DNA of 64,000 nucleotides from a virus: the IMG/VR virus record IMGVR_UViG_3300031993_000003; one strand, written 5' to 3'. This document shows, in pieces, positions 35,274 through 44,742 of the stretch (the stretch's first letter is position 1; each line of letters opens with the position of its first letter). The translations under genes and the position numbers were made by a program. A model generated the notes under the pieces. That model had not been told where the DNA came from and searched no databases. It was given only the letters and a program-made list of their open reading frames with translations.

Positions 35274-36554
35274 ATGAGAATCGAAGAAGCGAAAGATATC
35301 GAGAGTGTTGAAAGAGGTCTCCGGCTTGTGCGGGAGATTGAGTCGTGCGGATATACCGCATGCATCGCGGGCGGCTGCGTACGCGACCTTGTAAGGTGGA
35401 AGATTAGCCTTTCGCACGACCCGGACATACATGACGTGGATATAGCGACCAACATGCCCATGGAAAGGCTGAAGGAGCACTTCAGGTGCGCCAGCAACAA
35501 CGGGGAGGCCCACGGTACCATCCTGGTGCTGTTCGAGGATGTTCCGTACGAGGTGACCCAGTACAGGGCCGACGGGAAGTACACCGACGGGCGGCATCCC
35601 GATTCGGTGAAGTGGGCCGATACGTTCGAGGAAGATACCCGGAGAAGGGACTTCACCATGAACTCGATGGGACTCGATTCCGATTACAATGTGCTGGACT
35701 ACCACGGCGGGGAAGATTCCATACGTTTTGGCGAGATTGCAACCGTAGGCGACCCCATAGAGAGGTTCAACGAGGATGCCCTGAGGATTGTGCGTGCCTA
35801 CCGGTTCGCCTCCCGGTTCGGAATGTCGATTTCCCCGGTGACTTCCGCGGCCTGCATGGCGCTTGCCGGGAGGGTCTCCCACCTTACCCCGGAGAGACTG
35901 CATGACGAGTTCTACAAGACTGCGTCGTACGGGGTGAAGGCGTTCGCCGAGTTCATCAGCTACCTCGCCGAGGGCGTCGGTCCGTACATATGCGGCGGCA
36001 TAGACTGGAAGGAACTGTCCACCCAGATGCACCGCATAAGGTCCTCCCAGTTGCTCCAGTGGGACCCCGACTATGCCCTCGCGCTGGTCTTCGACACCGA
36101 GGAGCAGATGAGGGCCTTCCGGTGCAGCCTGGACGAGATAAGGGCGATGAAGTTCATCCACTCGTACTACCCACGGTACCTTGCCGGGGAGCTCGACCTG
36201 GTGGACTTCGTGGACGGCACCAACGACCCACGGTGGGACGCGCTGAGGGCCTATGCGATATCCAGGCAGGGGTTCTTCGTGCTGCGCCCCGACGAGGAGG
36301 CGAGGTTCCGCTCGTTCAGGTACAGGTATCCTACGGCCGGGGACATAAGCAAGGAACTTGAGGAGTCCGGGGTAGCATCCGGGAAGCAGTTTGGGGAGTA
36401 CCTCAAGGAGGTCCGGAAGATGGCCTACCGGGAGATGCTGGCTAGGAAGGATATTGGTAAAGATGACCTGCATAAACTGGTTGCCGAAGCAAGGAGACAA
36501 GTCGACAGCCGATGCACGCAGTCCTCAGTATCATCTTCTGGCTCCTCGGAATAG
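35274..36554 (+). CDS. cca: tRNA nucleotidyltransferase (CCA-adding enzyme), class II.
   Basis: Head-domain motifs GGCVRD…DVD, RRDFTMN and DPIERFNEDALRIVRAYRF. Confidence 0.75.
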   Translation: MRIEEAKDIESVERGLRLVREIESCGYTACIAGGCVRDLVRWKISLSHDPDIHDVDIATNMPMERLKEHFRCASNNGEAHGTILVLFEDVPYEVTQYRADGKYTDGRHPDSVKWADTFEEDTRRRDFTMNSMGLDSDYNVLDYHGGEDSIRFGEIATVGDPIERFNEDALRIVRAYRFASRFGMSISPVTSAACMALAGRVSHLTPERLHDEFYKTASYGVKAFAEFISYLAEGVGPYICGGIDWKELSTQMHRIRSSQLLQWDPDYALALVFDTEEQMRAFRCSLDEIRAMKFIHSYYPRYLAGELDLVDFVDGTNDPRWDALRAYAISRQGFFVLRPDEEARFRSFRYRYPTAGDISKELEESGVASGKQFGEYLKEVRKMAYREMLARKDIGKDDLHKLVAEARRQVDSRCTQSSVSSSGSSE

Positions 36555-36799
36555 CGGGAGCAGTGGCATTCGCATTCAACCTGGCCCCGCAGCTGGTTTC
36601 CGCCTTGAGGAAGAAGGCTACCGGGCTGACCTACGGGTTCTTCGCGCTGGCACTGGTGGGGAACATAGGTTCGTGCTCGTATGTATTCTGGACTAACCTG
36701 CAGACCGGGGTGTGGCAGTGGCCACTGTACGGGAACTACGGGGTTGCCACCGGGCTTACGGTGTCGCTGCTGGTGCTCCGGAAAAAGTACGGAAAGTGA
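36512..36799 (+). CDS. Small integral membrane protein (3 TM).
   Basis: 95-aa hydrophobic ORF. Confidence 0.4.
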   Translation: MHAVLSIIFWLLGIAGAVAFAFNLAPQLVSALRKKATGLTYGFFALALVGNIGSCSYVFWTNLQTGVWQWPLYGNYGVATGLTVSLLVLRKKYGK

Positions 36800-36841
36800 C
36801 ATAAACTGTGTATAACAGTATGGAATCGAGGAAGATTTACC

Positions 36842-37396
36842 ATGAACAAGCAGCAGAAGACCTACACAGCATTCATAGAGAGTGTATGCAAGAAGTTTAA
36901 CCGGCCGGAGATGGCTCCGGCACTCCAGGAAGGGTTCCAGGCCTTCTGTGAGGCGGACGACAATGTTATTGAACATGGACAGGAAGCCGAGCATCTTGGC
37001 GATATCAATGTTATCCTTGACCCGAGCGATAACGATGGAAAGGGAGAGGACGTTGCTGCACTCAAGTTCTTATACAATGGTAAAATTGTCGGTCGTGAGT
37101 ATATTACAGTGGGCAAGACCAAGTCCGGTGATTACGATTTTGGAAAGTATTTCCATTGGGAAGGGATAGAATCGCTTGATAACAACAACATGGTTCATGG
37201 GTTAGGTGGACTGGATGATAGCATTATAAAGAATAGTGAATGGTTCAAAAACAATGTTAGTAAGCATGCCGCTGAGGAAGCTGCCGAAACGGAGCGTATG
37301 AAAGAACATCAGCATCGATATGAAACTGACCCACAATATCGACGGCAATGCCGTAAAGAAACGGTGGACTGGTTCAAACAATTGTTTGACCGATAA
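36842..37396 (+). CDS. Hypothetical protein.
   Basis: 184 aa. Confidence 0.5.
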   Translation: MNKQQKTYTAFIESVCKKFNRPEMAPALQEGFQAFCEADDNVIEHGQEAEHLGDINVILDPSDNDGKGEDVAALKFLYNGKIVGREYITVGKTKSGDYDFGKYFHWEGIESLDNNNMVHGLGGLDDSIIKNSEWFKNNVSKHAAEEAAETERMKEHQHRYETDPQYRRQCRKETVDWFKQLFDR

Positions 37397-37450
37397 ATAG
37401 GTGAATTTCTTCAAAAAAAGTCCGCGGAAATGCTCCGTGGACTTTTCTCT

Positions 37451-37463
37451 TTTGCTATATTTG
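37451..37463 (+). promoter_or_regulatory. Terminator hairpin (GTCCGCGG…CCGTGGAC) followed by the TTTGCTATATTTG promoter.
   Basis: Exact motif 25 nt upstream of the ATG at 37488. Confidence 0.55.
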
Positions 37464-37487
37464 CTTTAGGAAAATTAAGAGGCTGCG

Positions 37488-38678
37488 ATGAGAGAAGGCT
37501 ACAGCATAGCCCAGTTCTACGACCTTATGAGGATTAGCCCCACCAGGCAGGCGATACTGCTGGAGGGCGAGACCGGCATCGGAAAGACGACCATAGTGAA
37601 GGACTTCGCAGAGAACGTGGCGAAGCTCCCGCTGTGCACCATACAGGTTTCCGAGGGAACCGACATGGTGGACGTGTTCGGCCTACCGGACATCTCCGGC
37701 GACCACACGATATACAAGCCGCCATCATGGTACATTCCCGGCCAGCGCTGCGTCCTGTTCATGGACGAGGTGAACCGCAACAAAACAATCATGAAGGGCC
37801 TGATGCGCCTGGCTACCGACCAGCGGATAGGCGACCTCGTATTGCCAGACGGCTCCTACGTGTTCGGCGCGATAAATCCCGAGTTCGGACAGAAGTACCA
37901 GGTGGTCGAGCTCGACCCGGCGCACCGTGCCAGGTTCATGCTGGTTGAACTCAACCCGACGACTGACGAGTGGCTGACTTTTGCAAGGAAGGAAAATGTC
38001 CACCATGCTATCCTGGAGTATATCGAGGAGCACGGGGAGGACCTTGACTCCTTCACCAACGAGAGCAACATGGTAGCGGCCAACGGCCGGTTCTACCACA
38101 ACGTGCTGCCGTGCCGCCGCCAGTGGCATGCCCTGTCCCCGTACCTGTACAACGGGGAGGATTTCCCGGGAGGCAAGTCGAGGTTCGACGTGAACGCCTA
38201 CGAGGACGCCGAGGACTTCCTGAGGGGAGTGGTGAGCGGCCTGGTTGGAGTAGGAGTTGCCGACCGGTTCGTACCTTTCTACTATGCATCGGGCGGAGGC
38301 ATAAGCGCAATAAGGATTCTGGAAGGCGACGACGATACCTGGAGCCCGAAGGGTGAGCTGGTGAAGGAGATACGGAAGATGGCCGATACTGACCTGCCGT
38401 CGCTCACCAGGCTATCCGAGCGCGTATTCGGCAGGGTAGCCAGGTCGGAATCCGAACTGTGGAACGCACCGAAGAGCGGATACAGCGAGCTCGCGATGAA
38501 GTATTCGAGGAATGTATACAAGTTCCTCCACCTGTGCCCCCCGGAAGTTCAGAGCAACGTGTACTTCAGCATCGTGCGCCCTGCGACCAAGTCCGGCAAC
38601 AAGTGGCCCAACCTTTTATGCAACGCTACGCCTGCACTGGTCGACATGTTTACCAAGGCGTGCACAAAGTCCAAATGA
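37488..38678 (+). CDS. AAA+ ATPase of the MoxR/CobS-like (AAA_5) type; the likely partner of the vWA protein.
   Basis: Walker A GETGIGKTT; Walker B VLFMDEVNR; sensor residues; 396 aa. Confidence 0.6.
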   Translation: MREGYSIAQFYDLMRISPTRQAILLEGETGIGKTTIVKDFAENVAKLPLCTIQVSEGTDMVDVFGLPDISGDHTIYKPPSWYIPGQRCVLFMDEVNRNKTIMKGLMRLATDQRIGDLVLPDGSYVFGAINPEFGQKYQVVELDPAHRARFMLVELNPTTDEWLTFARKENVHHAILEYIEEHGEDLDSFTNESNMVAANGRFYHNVLPCRRQWHALSPYLYNGEDFPGGKSRFDVNAYEDAEDFLRGVVSGLVGVGVADRFVPFYYASGGGISAIRILEGDDDTWSPKGELVKEIRKMADTDLPSLTRLSERVFGRVARSESELWNAPKSGYSELAMKYSRNVYKFLHLCPPEVQSNVYFSIVRPATKSGNKWPNLLCNATPALVDMFTKACTKSK

Positions 38679-38689
38679 GGAGACAATAA

Positions 38690-39127
38690 ATGGCTGCTAT
38701 GGAAACAAATGAAAACACTACCGTACCTCCCGACGAGGACAGCGAGTACATCAAGGGATTGCCTAGTCTTGTCCGGGAGAGGATAGACGAGGCCCGGGCA
38801 ATGGACTACGAGGACGGCGACAGCATCGTGCTGCTGCATGGCATGGAACGCGCCATGATTGGTACGGTCGAGAATGCCGCCGGGAAGATAGTAGCCGTGT
38901 ACGAGGAGAGTCTCTGCATAAAGTGCATCATGGATGACATGTCGAAGCCGGAAGATGCCGGTGACGACTGGGGAGAGGACGACGCCTACACGGACGCGCT
39001 GGAGTTCTACGAGTACAATACCGTGCGTGCCCTGCCCTACATAGGCGAGAGCGCTCCCATCATTATACGAGGTTTCGTCGTAGACTCAGAACGATGGGAG
39101 GCCTTCAAGGATGCCGCAGGAAATTGA
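38690..39127 (+). CDS. Acidic hypothetical protein.
   Basis: 145 aa. Confidence 0.45.
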   Translation: MAAMETNENTTVPPDEDSEYIKGLPSLVRERIDEARAMDYEDGDSIVLLHGMERAMIGTVENAAGKIVAVYEESLCIKCIMDDMSKPEDAGDDWGEDDAYTDALEFYEYNTVRALPYIGESAPIIIRGFVVDSERWEAFKDAAGN

Positions 39128-39650
39128 CTATAACGCAGTTGTCCGCATGGCCGCCGGTGTCGGGCTCAGGCTCGGCAACCACGAGGGCCGCCCGGTGTTC
39201 GTCTACGGGAAGCCAGGGGGATTCGGTATGGAGTTCGCCTGCCAGTGGCTGACCGAGGACGGCAAGTACGACCCGCAGCAGGTACGGACACAACTCCAGG
39301 CGATGCTGGGCTCGGCCAAGCTGGACGAGAAGGTGTACGACTTCCTTCACGTGCAGTCGAACGTGGACAGGATTACCAAGGCGTGCAAGGACTTCGGTAT
39401 GGTCTACGACAGCTCCACCGGCAGCTTCTACTACGTGAAGAAGGGCAAGGCCGTATTCGGAGTGGACCATGACTATATAGCCAGCCTGGTATGCACCGGC
39501 AAGGCATCGATGGATAAGCTGAAGGAACTGCTGGAGACGTTCCTGGAGACTGCCGAGTTCGAGGCGGAGTGCTCCCGGGTGGCATCCGGGGAGGACCTGC
39601 TTGAAGTCCGGGCGAAGCCAAAGAGGAAATCAAATGGAAAGAAGAAGTAA
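39111..39650 (+). CDS. Hypothetical protein.
   Basis: 179 aa. Confidence 0.45.
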   Translation: MPQEIDYNAVVRMAAGVGLRLGNHEGRPVFVYGKPGGFGMEFACQWLTEDGKYDPQQVRTQLQAMLGSAKLDEKVYDFLHVQSNVDRITKACKDFGMVYDSSTGSFYYVKKGKAVFGVDHDYIASLVCTGKASMDKLKELLETFLETAEFEAECSRVASGEDLLEVRAKPKRKSNGKKK

Positions 39651-40098
39651 CCAAGGTGTCACCGGGAGGAAGCAGCTCACGATAGCCGTTGACTTCGACG
39701 GTACTATCGCGCTGGGCTCGTGGCCGGACGTACACCAGGGGAAACTGAACCTCCCGGTATATCACTGGCTCATCAAGAGGCAGAAGAAGGGCGACCGGAT
39801 AATACTGTGGACCTGCCGGGAGAACTACGGCGGCCGGCAGTTTCCTGACGGGGAGTACCTGAACGATGCGATACAGTTCTGCAACAGGAACAGGCTGTTC
39901 CTCTCGAACGTCAACCGGAACATCGGGGAGGCTCCCGGTGAGTACCAGGAAGGCTCCAGGAACTACGGGAGGAAGATATGCGCGGACGTATATATCGACG
40001 ACCATTCGGTTCCGTTCAATCCGGAATCCCGGCTGGCCGTCTGGTGGTGGAAGATTTATTTCTGGCTCATGGACAGGAAACTAGCGAGGATGACATGA
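39634..40098 (+). CDS. HAD-superfamily phosphatase, Pnk 3'-phosphatase-domain-like.
   Basis: Motif I IAVDFDGTI (DxDGT); C-terminal DVYIDD motif comparable to the T4 Pnk phosphatase IFDVDGTL…AIDD. Confidence 0.5.
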   Translation: MERRSNQGVTGRKQLTIAVDFDGTIALGSWPDVHQGKLNLPVYHWLIKRQKKGDRIILWTCRENYGGRQFPDGEYLNDAIQFCNRNRLFLSNVNRNIGEAPGEYQEGSRNYGRKICADVYIDDHSVPFNPESRLAVWWWKIYFWLMDRKLARMT

Positions 40099-40853
40099 TT
40101 AAATGGACGGACGAGAAGGTAACCAAGCTGGCCAGGAAATACCGGTACCAGCGTGACTTCCGAGAGAATCAATATAGCGCGTTCCACTATGCCTATCGGA
40201 ACGGGCTTCTAGACTCCTTCACCTGGCTGAAGCTGAAGCGCCCTAAGGTACAGTCCGAGGAAGAATGCCGCCGTCTGGCCAGTCAGTGCAGCACGTTCAA
40301 GGAATTCAGGGAAAGCCACTTTTCCGAGTACATGTCGGCCTACCGCAAGGGATGGCTGAAGGATTACACCTGGCTTGCCCACGGCAGGTCGCCAAACGGG
40401 ACATGGACGGAGACGTCCTGTCGCCGTGAAGCAAAGAAATACCGCTCGCTGAAGGATTTCAGCATGAAATCCACCAGCGCATACAGCAAGGCTGGAAGGG
40501 AAGGATGGCTGGCATCGTACGACTGGCTGGAGCGGAAGAAGTTCAGGCCGTCCGCAACTGGCCCAACCTATGATGAATGCATGGATGCTGCAAGGAAGTA
40601 CAGCATGCAGAAGGACTTCCGGCTCGGCGACAAGAGGTTGTATATGTTCGCAGCCAAGAAGGACTGGCTTAAGGACTTCTCCTGGCTCCGTAAGTTGAAG
40701 GAACATGCTGCGCATTCCTACGGGGAATGCCGGGAGGTAGCCAGGCAGTACGGTACTCTACAGGAGTTCAGGGAAAACTGCAAGAGCATGTACCACTATG
40801 CGTACAAGCACGGATGGCTGAAGAAGTTCAAGTGGCTCAGAAGGTTACGATAG
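40097..40853 (+). CDS. Tandem-repeat protein (≈6 × ~35-aa repeats: …EC..A.KY..L.DF….Y..AYR.GWL.D..WL…).
   Basis: Clear internal periodicity in the translation (KYRYQRDFRENQYSAFHYAYRNGLLDSFTWL / KYRSLKDFSMKSTSAYSKAGREGWLASYDWL / …). Confidence 0.5.
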
Positions 40854-40878
40854 AAAGAGTCCCGCCGGCGGCGGGATT

Positions 40879-40891
40879 TTTGCTATATTTG
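40879..40891 (+). promoter_or_regulatory. Terminator hairpin (CCCGCCGGCGGCGGG) followed by TTTGCTATATTTG.
   Basis: Exact motif. Confidence 0.55.
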
Positions 40892-40913
40892 TGTCAGTCA
40901 AGGAGTTACGTAT

Positions 40914-41210
40914 ATGTTTGTGCTGCTACATTCTTCAACCAGGCCGGGTAACCGGGCTCTGCAGGCGCCGGAAGTTGTCACCCGTAGCGACTACAAGAGT
41001 ATGCTGGTAAGCAGGCTGTGCGACGAGGTCGAGGGCTGCATAGGGTTCGGGTCACGCGTGTATGCCAGGGTGCCTAACGAGGGAGAGACCAGGATAGAAC
41101 CCCCTAACAACATGTATGCGCTGGCCTCCGCAGTGGACCGGGGTTGCACAGGGGTCACCGTAGAGGTTCCCGGGAGCTACCGGGAGCACTTTGTGATAGC
41201 AGAAATATAG
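40914..41210 (+). CDS. Hypothetical protein.
   Basis: 98 aa. Confidence 0.4.
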   Translation: MFVLLHSSTRPGNRALQAPEVVTRSDYKSMLVSRLCDEVEGCIGFGSRVYARVPNEGETRIEPPNNMYALASAVDRGCTGVTVEVPGSYREHFVIAEI

Positions 41211-41233
41211 TGGTTTCATCACCTGATGATTTT

Positions 41234-41246
41234 TTTGCTATATTTG
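41234..41246 (+). promoter_or_regulatory. TTTGCTATATTTG promoter 13-mer.
   Basis: Exact motif. Confidence 0.5.
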
Positions 41247-41296
41247 GATATGTAACAAAAACATAATAACTCAATAGCAAGGAAACAGGTTGCCTA

Positions 41297-41644
41297 ATGA
41301 CGAAGACGGTACAGAAGGGCCGGAGCCACGAGCTGGAACACCTCCGCAAGGAGGTGGAACGCCTGTCTTCCGCCCTTACTGCAATAAAGAACCAGAAGGA
41401 CGCTTACTTCCTCGAAATCCGGGAGGATGACGGGGAGAGCTTCCGCATAACGAGGACGTATTATCGCGCCAAGAAGGATGCGGTGAACGACCTCAACGTC
41501 GCCAAGCACGCTTTCTGCGAGGGGGACGAGGCATTGCTTGCCAAGTCGCCGGAGCAGGTAGCCAGAGGCAACGTAGACCTTACAATATCGCGGGACGACG
41601 GTCACGTGTTTCGCGGAATCATAACCAGAATAAAAATCATATAG
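41297..41644 (+). CDS. Hypothetical coiled-coil protein.
   Basis: 115 aa. Confidence 0.45.
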   Translation: MTKTVQKGRSHELEHLRKEVERLSSALTAIKNQKDAYFLEIREDDGESFRITRTYYRAKKDAVNDLNVAKHAFCEGDEALLAKSPEQVARGNVDLTISRDDGHVFRGIITRIKII

Positions 41645-41674
41645 GAGAGTTAGTCAAAGTATAGTAAAATATAC

Positions 41675-42985
41675 CTAATGACCTTTTATCGAATCCGGGA
41701 CTCTTAGCTCCGAACCATCTATCCTGAATATTCCGGTAGGCAACCAGAAGAAGCCTTCCTTCCTAGCCAGTCTGGACAACTCATCGGTACGAGGTATGGC
41801 GGGCAGCTCTAATTCGTGGTTCCTGGCGGCATTTATGTCCGCGTCAATCACGAGTCCACATAACGGGCAGATGTAGAGCTTTCCCTTCCTCGCCTTCTTG
41901 AGTACGTGGCCGCACCCGGAGCAGCGTTGAGAACGGTAGGCGTTCGACTGCGGATTTATTCGGACACCGAACTCCTCCGCGACTTGCGCCAGCCTGATGA
42001 CTATCTCCGGGTTGGACCAATGTTTAAGTTTTCGTGAAGTATTCCTTCCGTATTTGATGTTGTCAATCTTCTCCAGGCCTATTTCCTTAATGCCTGAGAA
42101 GTTCAGCCGCTTGATTGCGTAGTTGATATAGTTCCTTCTCTCGCACTGGCAGCGTTCGAATGCCTTGGAACCCTTCGTCTTGCGGCACATCTTGTCCGTT
42201 ATCGTGTCCAGGTTGACTTTCAGTTTCCTGGTAGGCTCTCCCTTCCTGGGAGCATCTAGAACCATGTCGGCCGTAGTCTGGCCGTCAGATAGGGAAATGC
42301 AGGTAAGTAAGCCCTGGTCTGCACCGACCTTCTCTCCTTCTTCCTTCTGTGCGAATTCCTTCTGCCAACGGAGCTGGATTCCGTACTCGTCGATGAGGTA
42401 CCCGTTACAGGCTTCCCACGTCCCGTCGAGATACTTCGCCATGTGTTTATGACGGCATACAGGAACGTTGAATATATCAAGACCGGTGGACCTTATCTTC
42501 AGGAATCCATAAAATTCCCCTTCGGGTGTTGGGTAGAACTCGGCACACTTGCTTGAAATCTCTATACCCGCATCCGATAGGTCGGGTTTGGAAGGGTTCC
42601 TCTCCTCTATGACTTCCCACAACCGTTCGAGATAATTGCCTTGTGCTGCTTCCTTGTCGAATACGTATAGCCTCTTGGCGTTCTTCGAGCAGATGGCGCG
42701 AAGCTTCCCGCTTAGCTGGGTAACCAGAGAACTCATCATCCTGGCAGAAAGCCAGGTATCTATCTCGAACCTGTTGTAGTCCAGGTACTTCGGAAGCTCG
42801 TACTTGAACTTGTCGGGATTGAACTCGTGCCAGCCGTCCTCTTCCTGCCATCGGTATCCGTTCGACCATATGTCGTCGCAAATCAGCTGCATCACGCGCC
42901 GCCATTCGGCAAGGAGGCGGTCTATCGACTCCCTCTTGCCGGTATTGGCGAACTTGAGCGTATGTCTGGTGGCGCGAACTATCAT
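41675..42985 (-). CDS. tnpB: TnpB-like RuvC nuclease with zinc finger.
   Basis: RuvC-I GADQG; RuvC-II LEKIDN; CSGCG…CPLCG zinc finger plus DADINAARN (RuvC-III). Confidence 0.65.
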   Translation of the reverse strand: MIVRATRHTLKFANTGKRESIDRLLAEWRRVMQLICDDIWSNGYRWQEEDGWHEFNPDKFKYELPKYLDYNRFEIDTWLSARMMSSLVTQLSGKLRAICSKNAKRLYVFDKEAAQGNYLERLWEVIEERNPSKPDLSDAGIEISSKCAEFYPTPEGEFYGFLKIRSTGLDIFNVPVCRHKHMAKYLDGTWEACNGYLIDEYGIQLRWQKEFAQKEEGEKVGADQGLLTCISLSDGQTTADMVLDAPRKGEPTRKLKVNLDTITDKMCRKTKGSKAFERCQCERRNYINYAIKRLNFSGIKEIGLEKIDNIKYGRNTSRKLKHWSNPEIVIRLAQVAEEFGVRINPQSNAYRSQRCSGCGHVLKKARKGKLYICPLCGLVIDADINAARNHELELPAIPRTDELSRLARKEGFFWLPTGIFRIDGSELRVPDSIKGH

Positions 42986-42990
42986 GGCTA

Positions 42991-43575
42991 CTAGTCTTCC
43001 GAGTTGAGTGCTTCCTTCATCTTGTTCGCCTTGTTGTGCCCCCTACGGGCTCCGTACAACCGGCAACAGAAACTGGTCACGATTGCTATCATGTCCTTGA
43101 TGATGTCCTGCTCGTTGTTGTCGTTCGGATACATCACGTCTATCGAGCAGCCGTTTCGCGAAAGCAGCCTCTCTATGTAGTTGAAGCCGAACCTGGTAAG
43201 CCGGTCCTTGTTCTCGCAGATGATTGTTGTCGGCTCCGAGTAGAGCATTTCCCAGAATTTCGGCCTGTTGTCGTTCATGCCGGAAGCAATTTCCTTGTAG
43301 ATGGCATCCACCTTGTAGCCGTTATGCGCGGCATAGTCCTTGCACCGTTCTACCTGACGGTTGAGGTCGTCCTTCTTGTCGTGACTGCTTACACGGGCAT
43401 ATATTACAATCCTGGGTCGGTCAAGTTCGGAATGGTTCGGGGTTATCGTGACGAATATGCTCTTGGTATCCGGGTCCTGGTAGGCATTGAGTATCTTCCC
43501 CATGTGGAACCAGCGGTGGGCCGTCCTGTACTTTATCCCATGCTCCTTGGCATATGTCGATAGCTTGATGTCCAT
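42991..43575 (-). CDS. tnpA: IS607-type TnpA (MerR-HTH + serine recombinase).
   Basis: …IVIYARVSSHDKKDDLNRQ… catalytic Ser motif; N-terminal HTH (YRTAHRWF). Confidence 0.65.
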   Translation of the reverse strand: MDIKLSTYAKEHGIKYRTAHRWFHMGKILNAYQDPDTKSIFVTITPNHSELDRPRIVIYARVSSHDKKDDLNRQVERCKDYAAHNGYKVDAIYKEIASGMNDNRPKFWEMLYSEPTTIICENKDRLTRFGFNYIERLLSRNGCSIDVMYPNDNNEQDIIKDMIAIVTSFCCRLYGARRGHNKANKMKEALNSED

Positions 43576-43650
43576 ATACTATCCTGTTTATATATGTTCA
43601 TGACATAAACTATGACATTTCATGAAAATAGTTGGTATGAATGAGTATTT

Positions 43651-43663
43651 TTTGCTATATTTG
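43651..43663 (+). promoter_or_regulatory. TTTGCTATATTTG promoter 13-mer.
   Basis: Exact motif. Confidence 0.5.
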
Positions 43664-43683
43664 TGGTGTTATGATGGAGACCA

Positions 43684-43903
43684 TATGGACACTAGAAAGA
43701 CTAGACCGGCAGCGGTTAAAGATTTCGCCGAATATTTCAACCGACTGGTTGAACTTGGCATGGGCGACCTTGTAGTATTGATTAATGACAATCTCGGCCG
43801 AAACTATCCTATCGAATTGGACCTGTCTCTTGGAAAGAATGAACAAGGGCTGCGCTCTGAGTTCGGCTCCATCTATACTGACGGTGTGAACCTAGGAGGT
43901 TAA
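43684..43903 (+). CDS. Small hypothetical protein.
   Basis: Start MDTRKTRPAAV… downstream of the promoter. Confidence 0.4.
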
Positions 43904-43904
43904 T

Positions 43905-44459
43905 ATGCCGGTACCTGTATCAAGAATCATGAAGCTCGGGACGCCGCGTCTTGACCTCCCGACCGGTGACTATCCGGCCATCATCGTCGCCATGATATAC
44001 CCGAAGGAAGTCAACGGTGCATGCAACAGGACCCGCGGGGAATATATCCTCCAGGTCCATACCAAGGACGACATGGTGTGCTACGTGGCCACCAAGCCGT
44101 TCGACATCTCTATAAACGAGAGCAGCCCGCTGTATACATTGCTGTGCGGACTCAGCAACACCCATTCGCCCGACCAGCTCTTCGCCTGGCTCGAGAGGAA
44201 CGAGTACTTCATCGACGACATGTTCGACGAGACCGACTTCCTGGGTGCCGCAGTGATGGCCCACGTGGAGCGCCGGGAGAAGCGCAAGGTCAACGTTCCC
44301 GGGCAGTCCAAGTTCTACAACCTTGTTACCGAGTTCGCTCCCATCGACGAGTCCAAGGAACCAACCCTGAATACCGGGAGGCTCATCCCGGCAGGATTCA
44401 CGAACTCCTCCAAGTACGTAATCGAGAAGCTCGAAGAGCTTGACGTGGACGAGGGCTAG
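43905..44459 (+). CDS. Hypothetical protein.
   Basis: 184 aa. Confidence 0.5.
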   Translation: MPVPVSRIMKLGTPRLDLPTGDYPAIIVAMIYPKEVNGACNRTRGEYILQVHTKDDMVCYVATKPFDISINESSPLYTLLCGLSNTHSPDQLFAWLERNEYFIDDMFDETDFLGAAVMAHVERREKRKVNVPGQSKFYNLVTEFAPIDESKEPTLNTGRLIPAGFTNSSKYVIEKLEELDVDEG

Positions 44460-44742
44460 CATGACACTGGGTCAGGCGCTATTCAACATGAACGACGGTA
44501 TCCACATGGTTACCGACTTCATGTGGGTTCGTAACGGCAAAATTACCTACACCAGCCCGATGCAGGAGATGCTCCCGGTGAATACCAGCATGCACCTCAT
44601 ATCGCGCAACGACTTCCTGGAGTACCTGGAATCCGTGGGCGCCACGTATAGCGACCTGGAGAAACCCTACGGGACCTACAACACGTTTGCCAAGGCGGAC
44701 GACACAGAGGACTACTTTGCCTACTACGACAACGATAGATAA
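44440..44742 (+). CDS. Hypothetical protein.
   Basis: 100 aa. Confidence 0.45.
   Translation: MTWTRASMTLGQALFNMNDGIHMVTDFMWVRNGKITYTSPMQEMLPVNTSMHLISRNDFLEYLESVGATYSDLEKPYGTYNTFAKADDTEDYFAYYDNDR

Larger units (their letters stand above)
41650..43620 (-). mobile_element. Second IS607-family-like element (tnpA-tnpB on the minus strand), AT-rich.
   Basis: GC drops over 41.65-43.65 kb; a serine recombinase with MerR-HTH plus TnpB; the phage promoter 13-mer lies at 43651 just outside. Confidence 0.6.
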
